From a virus (Duplodnaviria; Heunggongvirae; Uroviricota; Caudoviricetes): DNA of 34,224 bases. A program made the position numbers and the translations under genes. Location of the stretch: positions 1 through 34,224 of the IMG/VR virus record IMGVR_UViG_2563366968_000004. One strand, 5' to 3'. The notes below the pieces were generated by a model. The model was not told the origin of the DNA and did no database searches. It saw only the letters and a program-made list of their open reading frames with translations. This document shows positions 27,908 through 34,224 of this stretch, piece after piece (position 1 is the stretch's first letter; each line of letters starts with the position of its first letter).

Positions 27908-28559
27908 TGAGTAATAAATATTGCCAGGCGCTGGTGGAGCTGCGGAACAAACCAGCCCATGAACTGAAGGCAGTGGGCGATCAGTGGCGCACGCCGGACA
28001 ACATTTTCTGGGGAATTAACACCCTGTTTGGCCCGTTTGTTCTGGATCTGTTCACTGACGGTGATAACGCCAAATGTGCTGCGTATTACACGGCGGAAGA
28101 CAACGCGCTGGCGCATGACTGGTCAGAACGCCTTGCGGAGCTTAAAGGTGCTGCCTTTGGTAATCCCCCATACAGCCGCGCCAGTCAGCATGAGGGGCAA
28201 TACATCACCGGCATGCGTTACATCATGAAGCATGCCAGTGCCATGCGTGATAAAGGCGGGCGCTATGTTTTCCTGATCAAAGCTGCCACCAGCAAGTGTG
28301 GTGGCCGGAAGATGCAGATCATATTGCTTTTATTCGCGGGCGTATTGGTTTTGAACTGCCTGCCTGGTTTATCCCGAAGGATGAGAAGCAGGTGCCGACA
28401 GGCGCTTTCTTCGCTGGTGCTATTGCTGTTTTCGACAAGACCTGGAAGGGACCGGCAATCAGCTACATCGGGCGCGATGAACTTGAGGCATGTGGTGAGG
28501 CCTTTCTGGCGCAGGTTCGCCAGCAGGCAGAAAAACTGGTCAGGGAGATGGCGGCATGA
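27907..28559 (+). pseudogene. Phage DNA N6-adenine methyltransferase (Dam-type, NPPY motif), apparently frameshifted near 28290-28298
   Basis: N-terminal part in frame 1 (MSNKYCQALVELRNKP...FGNPPYSRAS...RYVFLIKAATS) and C-terminal part in another frame (VWWPEDADHIAFIRGRIGFELPAWFIPKD..., 28296-28559). The frame-1 ORF runs on to 28824 with an Arg-rich tail. Confidence 0.55.
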
Positions 28560-28882
28560 CGACGTTAACTCAATGCCAGCAGCAGGTGCTGGATATGCTG
28601 ATTTCTTATCAGAAAGAACGTGGCTTCCCGCCAACCAATCAGGAGGTGGCAACCATGCTGGGATACCGTTCAGTGAATGCAGCGGTGGAGCATCTTCGCG
28701 CACTGGAGAAAAAAGGCGTCATCACGATAAAGCGTGGCGTGGCCCGGGGCATCACGCTTCATACCGCGGTGAAGGACGACGACAGCGAGGCGGTCGGGAT
28801 TATCCGCTCACTGCTTGCCGGTGAGGAAAACGCAAGGCTGCGTGCAGCCCACTGGTTACATGAGAGGGGCCTGAAAGTATGA
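28556..28882 (+). CDS. LexA-N-terminal-like DNA-binding domain protein (108 aa)
   Basis: QQQVLDMLISYQKERGFPPTNQEVATMLGYRSVNAAVEHLRALEKKGVI resembles the LexA winged-helix DNA-binding domain; ATGA overlap with the upstream gene. Confidence 0.6.
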   Translation: MTTLTQCQQQVLDMLISYQKERGFPPTNQEVATMLGYRSVNAAVEHLRALEKKGVITIKRGVARGITLHTAVKDDDSEAVGIIRSLLAGEENARLRAAHWLHERGLKV

Positions 28883-29268
28883 AGCTGATCCTGCCTTTTC
28901 CGCCCAGCGTGAACACGTACTGGCGACACCCCAACAAAGGGGCGTTTGCTGGTAAGAGCCTGATAAGCGCGGCGGGGCGAAAATTCCAGAGCGCGGCGTG
29001 CGCAGCAATAGTTGAGCAGTTACGTCGTCTGCCGAAACCAACGTCGGCACCTGCTTCAGTGGAGATCGTGTTGTTTCCTCCGGATAACCGGATCCGCGAT
29101 CTGGACAACTATAACAAGGCGCTGTTTGACGCCCTGACCCACGCGGGGGTGTGGGAAGACGACAGTCAGGTGAAAAGAATGCTGGTGGAGTGGGGACCGG
29201 TTATCCCGGAAGGGAAGGTCGAGATCACTATCAGTAAGTACGAGAAAACGGCGGGTGCAGCTGCCTGA
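28879..29268 (+). CDS. rusA: Holliday junction resolvase RusA (129 aa)
   Basis: Pattern PPSVNTYWRH...RDLDNYNKALFDALTHAGVWEDDSQV matches RusA; typical nin-region location. Confidence 0.85.
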   Translation: MKLILPFPPSVNTYWRHPNKGAFAGKSLISAAGRKFQSAACAAIVEQLRRLPKPTSAPASVEIVLFPPDNRIRDLDNYNKALFDALTHAGVWEDDSQVKRMLVEWGPVIPEGKVEITISKYEKTAGAAA

Positions 29269-29287
29269 TTAAGAGGAGAAACGAAGT

Positions 29288-30097
29288 ATGAATAATCTGA
29301 TGGTCATTGATGGTATTGAAGTTCGTCGTGATGCTTATGGGCGTTACAGCCTGAACGATCTGCATCGCGCAGCAGTAGCATCTGGTGCAAATGCCAGAAC
29401 CAAGGAGCCAGGAAAGTTTCTTTCCAGCCAACAAACTGTTGAGCTTGTTCATGAATTAACCAACACCCAGAATTTGGGTGTTGACCCGGTGAGCGTGATT
29501 CATGGGGGAAATGAACGGGGAACGTATGTCTGTAAGGAACTGGTGTATGCCTATGCAATGTGGATCAGCCCGTCATTCCATCTGAAGGTGATCCGTACTT
29601 TCGATATGGTAACCAGCGCGCCGGAAAAGTTATCCGGACAGGCTGCTGACAAGATGCAGGCTGGCGTGATTCTGCTGGACTTTATGCGCCGGGAGTTAAA
29701 TCTGTCTAACTCATCTGTGCTTGGGGCCTGTCAGAAACTCCAGGAGGCTGTTGGCTTACCGAATCTGGCACCGCGCTATGCCATTGATGCACCTGCTGAC
29801 GCGCCTGATGGCTCAAGCCGCCCCACGCTGTCGCTGAGTGCACTGCTGAAGCAGTATGGTATCCGCCTGACGGCTAATCAGGCATATCACCAGATGGCGA
29901 AGCTGGGGATCGTTGAACAACGCGAACGATACAGCCGTACCGCGATTAACAACATCAAAAAATTCTGGTCGCTGACCGCGAAAGGCTGCATGTTCGGCAA
30001 GAACATCACCAGTCCTGCAAATCCGCGCGAGACGCAGCCGCATTTCTTCGAATCCCGATTTCCTGAGCTGTTAAAGCTGCTCGATACCGTTCATTGA
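29288..30097 (+). CDS. KilA-N domain protein (269 aa)
   Basis: N-terminal KilA-N pattern (YSLNDLHRAA...GTYVCKELVYAYAMWISPSFHLKV). Confidence 0.75.
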   Translation: MNNLMVIDGIEVRRDAYGRYSLNDLHRAAVASGANARTKEPGKFLSSQQTVELVHELTNTQNLGVDPVSVIHGGNERGTYVCKELVYAYAMWISPSFHLKVIRTFDMVTSAPEKLSGQAADKMQAGVILLDFMRRELNLSNSSVLGACQKLQEAVGLPNLAPRYAIDAPADAPDGSSRPTLSLSALLKQYGIRLTANQAYHQMAKLGIVEQRERYSRTAINNIKKFWSLTAKGCMFGKNITSPANPRETQPHFFESRFPELLKLLDTVH

Positions 30098-30098
30098 G

Positions 30099-31094
30099 GT
30101 GACTGTGAGAGCACTACTGACCCCTGAAATTGCCCCGCGTATGGGGATCGTATTGTTCAGGCCAGGTTCAGAGCTGATGCCCCTGTTTATGCAGGGGCGT
30201 GTCCTGCTGGAGCCTGAGCCGGAACGTTATTCATCTTTTGCCAGTGGTGCCGTTCCGGCTGCATCACAACCGCTGGCGGATGATCCTGCCGTTCGGGCCG
30301 TGTTCCGCAATGAGGCAGTGATCCGTCGTGCTGGTGGCGTGGAATGTCTTGAAAGCTGGTTACTTCGTGAAAAAGGCTGCCAGTGGCCTCATTCCGACTG
30401 GCACAGCGAGAACATGACCACAATGCGACACGCGCCGGGCGCAATCCGTCTGTGCTGGCACTGCGATAACCAACTGCGCGATCAGTTCACGGAACGGCTG
30501 GAATCAATGGCAACGGATAACTGTGCCCGCTGGGTGTTGTCTGTTGTGCGTCGGGATCTCGGTTTTGATGACAGTCACGTTGTGACAATGCCGGAACTGT
30601 GCTGGTGGCTGATTCGTAATGATCTGGCGGATGCCTTACCGGAAAGTGCAGCCCGTAAGGCACTGAGATTACCGAAGCCTGTTGTGCCGTCTGTCACCCG
30701 GGAAAGTGACCTGGTGCCTTCGGTTCCTGCCACCAGCATCATCCAGGATAAAGCGAAAAAGGTGCTGGCGCTGAAAGTGGATCCGGAGTCGCCGGACTCT
30801 TTTATGTTACGCCCAAAACGTCGCCGCTGGGTTAATGAAAAGTACACGCGATGGGTTAAGACGCAGCCGTGCGCATGTTGTGGAAAACCTGCTGATGATC
30901 CCCACCACCTGATAGGCCACGGTCAGGGTGGAATGGGGACAAAAGCGCATGACCTCTTTGTGTTGCCTTTGTGCAGAAAGCATCACGACGAGCTGCATGC
31001 GGATAATGTGGCATTCGAAGAGAAGTATGGCTCCCAGCTGGAGCTGATATTTCGTTTTATCGATCGTGCGCTGACGATTGGTGTGCTGGCCTGA
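30099..31094 (+). CDS. DUF968 family protein with C-terminal HNH-like Cys/His motif (YdfU-like), 331 aa
   Basis: C-terminal [21 protein letters not shown]...CRKHHDELH; GTG start at 30099, possible alternative ATG at 30141. Confidence 0.7.
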   Translation: MTVRALLTPEIAPRMGIVLFRPGSELMPLFMQGRVLLEPEPERYSSFASGAVPAASQPLADDPAVRAVFRNEAVIRRAGGVECLESWLLREKGCQWPHSDWHSENMTTMRHAPGAIRLCWHCDNQLRDQFTERLESMATDNCARWVLSVVRRDLGFDDSHVVTMPELCWWLIRNDLADALPESAARKALRLPKPVVPSVTRESDLVPSVPATSIIQDKAKKVLALKVDPESPDSFMLRPKRRRWVNEKYTRWVKTQPCACCGKPADDPHHLIGHGQGGMGTKAHDLFVLPLCRKHHDELHADNVAFEEKYGSQLELIFRFIDRALTIGVLA

Positions 31095-31111
31095 TTTTGT
31101 GGAGAAAGTTG

Positions 31112-31495
31112 ATGCGTGATATTCAGATGGTTCTTGAGCGTTGGGGAGCGTGGGCGGCTAATAATCATGAAGATGTGACCTGGTCGTCCATTGCCGCCGG
31201 TTTTAAGGGATTAATTCCTTCAAAAGTAAAATCTCGCCCGCAATGTTGTGACGATGACGCGATGATCATTTGCGGGTGCATGGCCCGTCTGAAAAAGAAC
31301 AACAGCGATTTGCACGATTTATTAGTAGATTATTATGTAGTCGGTATGACATTCATGTCACTGGCAGGTAAGCATTGCTGCTCTGATGGTTATATCGGGA
31401 AAAGGTTACAAAAAGCTGAGGGCATAATTGAAGGGATGTTAATGGCATTAGATATCCGGTTAGAGATGGATATCGTTGTTAATAACTCTAATTAA
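31112..31495 (+). CDS. Q: Late-gene antiterminator Q (127 aa from ATG 31112)
   Basis: [18 protein letters not shown]... recognised as lambdoid Q (phage 21/82/DLP12 quuD-like); GGAG RBS 7 nt upstream. Confidence 0.8.
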   Translation: MRDIQMVLERWGAWAANNHEDVTWSSIAAGFKGLIPSKVKSRPQCCDDDAMIICGCMARLKKNNSDLHDLLVDYYVVGMTFMSLAGKHCCSDGYIGKRLQKAEGIIEGMLMALDIRLEMDIVVNNSN

Positions 31496-31527
31496 TATGC
31501 CAATTGTTTACTAAAAATTATTAAAAA

Positions 31528-31545
31528 TGGGGCGTTGAGACGCCC
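31528..31545 (-). terminator. Candidate intrinsic terminator for the porin gene (GGGGCG-loop-CGCCCC followed by a U-run on the minus strand)
   Basis: On the minus strand the hairpin is followed by ATTTTTAATAATTTTT; it lies about 140 bp downstream of the porin stop. Confidence 0.4.
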
Positions 31546-31684
31546 CCAAAAATAAAGGGTAATATATAACAGAAGGTTTATATAGTTAGAAGCAAGGTTG
31601 TGCTTCTAAAGGAAGTGGCTTGAGGGAGCCACTTATATGTTGGGGAGGCAACGCCTCCCGCAACATATCTTTTTCGTAATCAGA

Positions 31685-32767
31685 TTAGAACTGGTAAACC
31701 AGACCTACAGCAACGATGTCATCAGTATCAATACCAGCTGTTTTGGTAAACTTACTATCGTCAATTAAGTTGATTTTGTAATCAACAAAAGTGGACATGT
31801 TTTTATTAAAGTAGTAAGTAGCACCGACATCGACATACTTGACTAAGTCTCGGTCACCATGAACACCAAGGTCTTTACCTTTTGACTGAAGGTAAGCAAC
31901 AGATGGGCGCAGACCGAAGTCAAACTGATATTGTGCTACTGCTTCAAAGTTTTGTGCTTTGTTTGCAATATGGTTATTACCAAAAACGGTCATATTCTGA
32001 GTTTCAGAATATGTGGTAGCCAGATAGATATTGTTCGCATCATATTTCAGGCCTGCAGCCCATACTTCCGCATTTTTGCCGGAGGCATTGAATTTGCTCT
32101 TACCATAGGCGACCTGACCGTCAGTGCGATCTGATTTAGCATAGGTTGCACCCACGCCGAATCCTTCATACTCATAAGTAGTGGAGAAACCGAAACCATC
32201 ACCATTGGCTTCAGTTACGTCAGTGCGGTCATTTTTACCCTGATACTGAGCAGCAAAGTTCAGGCCATCGACCAGACCAAAGAAGTCGTTGTTACGATAA
32301 GTTGCAACACCAGTAGTGCGACCAGTCATGAACACATCTGTTTGGGTCCAGGTATCACCACCGAATTCTGGCAGGACGTCAGTCCACGCACCGATGTCGT
32401 ATGCTACACCGTAGTTACGGCCGTAATCGATTGAGCCGTAATCACCAAATTTCAGGCCTGCAAATGCAAGACGGGTTTTGTCTTTGGAAGAACCTTGAGA
32501 TTCAGCGCGGTTGCCTTTGAATTCATATTCCCACTGACCGAAACCAGTCAGTTGATCGTTGATTTGGGTTTCACCTTTGAAGCCAAGACGGGCATAAGTA
32601 GTATCACCATCATCTGCATCATTAGAGGAGAAGTAGTGCTTAGCATTAACTTTCCCGTACAGATCCAGCTTGTTACTGTCTTTATTATAAATTTCAGCTG
32701 CCTGAGCAGACATCGCCATCAGTACTGATGCAGCTACAGCAGAAATTGCCACTGTTAATTTTTTCAT
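31685..32767 (-). CDS. nmpC: Outer-membrane porin, OmpC/OmpF/PhoE family (phage-borne NmpC/Lc-like), 360 aa
   Basis: Signal peptide ([23 protein letters not shown]), general-porin motifs and C-terminal ...GLVYQF. Opposite strand between Q and the lysis genes, as in DLP12 and phage PA-2. Confidence 0.9.
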   Translation of the reverse strand: MKKLTVAISAVAASVLMAMSAQAAEIYNKDSNKLDLYGKVNAKHYFSSNDADDGDTTYARLGFKGETQINDQLTGFGQWEYEFKGNRAESQGSSKDKTRLAFAGLKFGDYGSIDYGRNYGVAYDIGAWTDVLPEFGGDTWTQTDVFMTGRTTGVATYRNNDFFGLVDGLNFAAQYQGKNDRTDVTEANGDGFGFSTTYEYEGFGVGATYAKSDRTDGQVAYGKSKFNASGKNAEVWAAGLKYDANNIYLATTYSETQNMTVFGNNHIANKAQNFEAVAQYQFDFGLRPSVAYLQSKGKDLGVHGDRDLVKYVDVGATYYFNKNMSTFVDYKINLIDDSKFTKTAGIDTDDIVAVGLVYQF

Positions 32768-33196
32768 CGTGAGCCCTTTTTTTTGAACTATTATTAAAAA
32801 ATGATGTCACTGCGCGATAAATATTCATCTAATCAATGTGATTATTTCAAGATGTAAGTTTTGGTTTCTCGTTTGATTTGTGAAGTAGATCTCTATTTTT
32901 ATCTGAACTTTTTTCTATCGAATCCTATTCATAGCTCTTGGCTGAATAAAAATAAATCTATTAGCCAATTTATACTAACGGTTGTTATTTATAAGTGCTC
33001 TATAATTTGAAGGTTCAATTTAAATCGGCTAAAAATAACACTGGAAATTATTTGTTGGTTATTTGTTGAGATTTGCTTATGTATTTGTAGTGGTGTTTTC
33101 AATACTCGGTAGCATTCTCGCAAATATCATTTAGTGGTTTACGTACGTAAAAAATTGGTTATGCTGTTAAGAGTGGTTACTTCGTCACACAGCTTA

Positions 33197-33230
33197 AACC
33201 CGCCGTCGAGCGGGTTTTTCCATTTTTTGA
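33197..33230 (+). terminator. Intrinsic terminator (AAACCCGC-loop-GCGGGTTT plus T-run); candidate tR' of the late operon
   Basis: Hairpin followed by TTCCATTTTTT, read directly, about 110 bp upstream of the holin start. Confidence 0.5.
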
Positions 33231-33340
33231 GTCTCGATATTAGCTGATAACCCAATACCTGAGTTATTCACTGACTTCGAGTCTGTTACGTTTCGTAGTA
33301 TTCCCTCAATTTACACCCGCTTTGTCTGCGAGGTGGGGTT

Positions 33341-33556
33341 ATGAAATCCATGGATAAGTTAACAACGGGTGTCGCCTATGGCACCTCAGCAGGTAGTGCC
33401 GGGTACTGGTTTTTACAGCTGCTAGATAAAGTCACGCCCTCACAGTGGGCGGCAATTGGAGTGCTGGGTAGCCTGGTATTTGGCCTGCTGACGTACCTGA
33501 CAAACCTTTATTTCAAGATTAAAGAAGATAAGCGTAAGGCTGCGAGAGGTGAATAA
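33341..33556 (+). CDS. essD: Holin, lambdoid class II (phage 21 S / EssD-like), 71 aa
   Basis: Two TM helices plus charged C-terminus; the stop overlaps the endolysin start. Confidence 0.85.
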
Positions 33557-33821
33557 TGTCGCCATCATTACGCAAGGCTGTAGCAGCTGCTATTGGTGGT
33601 GGGGCTGTTGCCATAGCGTCTGTGCTCATCACTGGTCCGAGTGGTGACGATGGTCTGGAAGGTGTCAGCTACATACCATATAAAGATATTGTTGGTGTAT
33701 GGACTGTATGTCACGGGCATACAGGAAAAGACATCATGCTCGGTAAAACGTATACCAAAGCAGAATGCAAAGCACTCTTGAATAAAGACCTTGCCACTGT
33801 CGCCAGACAAATTAACCCGTA
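33556..33821 (+). pseudogene. rrrD: SAR endolysin (RrrD / phage 21 R-like lysozyme) truncated after about 89 codons by IS1
   Basis: N-terminal SAR domain and start of the lysozyme domain end with ...QINPYIEV at 33821; the reading frame then runs into IS1 terminal sequence. Confidence 0.7.
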
Positions 33822-34224
33822 CATCGAAGTCGGTAATGACTCCAACTTATTGATAGTGTTTTATGTTCAGATAATGCCCGATGACTTTGTCATGCAGCTC
33901 CACCGATTTTGAGAACGACAGCGACTTCCGTCCCAGCCGTGCCAGGTGCTGCCTCAGATTCAGGTTATGCCGCTCAATGCGCTGCGTATATCGCTTGCTG
34001 ATAACGTGCAGTTCTCCCTTCAGGCGTGATTCATAAAGCGGCCAGCCATCCGTCATCCATACCACGACCTCAAAGGCCGACAGCAGGCCCAGAAGACGCT
34101 CCAGCGTGGCCAGCGTGCGTTCACCGAATACGTGCGCAACAACCGTCCTCCGTATCCTGTCATACGCGTAAAACAGCCAGCGCTGGCGCGATTTAGCCCC
34201 GACATAGCCCCACTGTTCGTCCAT
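33822..34224 (-). mobile_element. IS1 insertion sequence, partial (runs off the window end)
   Basis: Begins with the IS1 terminal inverted repeat GGTAATGACTCCAACTTATTGATAGTG at 33822 and contains the insB 3' portion. Confidence 0.85.
33847..34224 (-). CDS. insB: IS1 transposase InsB, C-terminal 125 codons (partial, 5' end outside the window)
   Basis: Translation [22 protein letters not shown]...[15 protein letters not shown] recognised as InsB. Confidence 0.8.
   Translation of the reverse strand: MDEQWGYVGAKSRQRWLFYAYDRIRRTVVAHVFGERTLATLERLLGLLSAFEVVVWMTDGWPLYESRLKGELHVISKRYTQRIERHNLNLRQHLARLGRKSLSFSKSVELHDKVIGHYLNIKHYQ

Noticed and set aside
28263-29108. Minus-strand ORFs (28263-28703, 28800-29108) and the Arg-rich tail of the 316 aa plus-strand ORF
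   Set aside because: They overlap the Dam C-terminal segment, the LexA-like gene and rusA; the 316 aa ORF tail is what out-of-frame translation of GC-rich coding DNA looks like.

Overview
Enterobacterial (E. coli-like) chromosomal segment: an intact proA gene and tRNA-Thr(CGU) (thrW), followed by two adjacent mobile elements. (1) A roughly 18 kb P4/PICI-like satellite island at thrW (about 1,445-19,750): P4-type integrase, AlpA, an antirepressor-like gene, a run of small overlapping early ORFs, a zinc-ribbon/TOPRIM/SF3-helicase primase, two clusters of P4-like iterons, and a cargo region. The cargo holds an unrecognised operon (57 aa protein plus two large Ala/Gln-rich proteins plus a convergent 4-TM membrane protein), an Abi_2 (AbiD/F-like) abortive-infection gene bracketed by GC-alternating direct repeats, an RHH-like regulator, a PerC-like regulator and a pRiA4b-ORF3-like protein. 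(2) The left part of a lambdoid (Rac/DLP12/CPS-53-mosaic) prophage (about 19,750 to the window end): integrase, excisionase, YfdP/YfdQ/HD-phosphohydrolase early-left genes, CI/Cro switch, replication initiator with internal iterons, a frameshifted Dam-type methyltransferase, RusA, KilA-N, DUF968, antiterminator Q, a porin moron, holin, and an endolysin truncated by a partial IS1. The best candidate for an undescribed system is the satellite cargo operon at 11,291-15,478; the Abi cassette is a second defence candidate. All family assignments are from reading the translations by eye; no database search was run.
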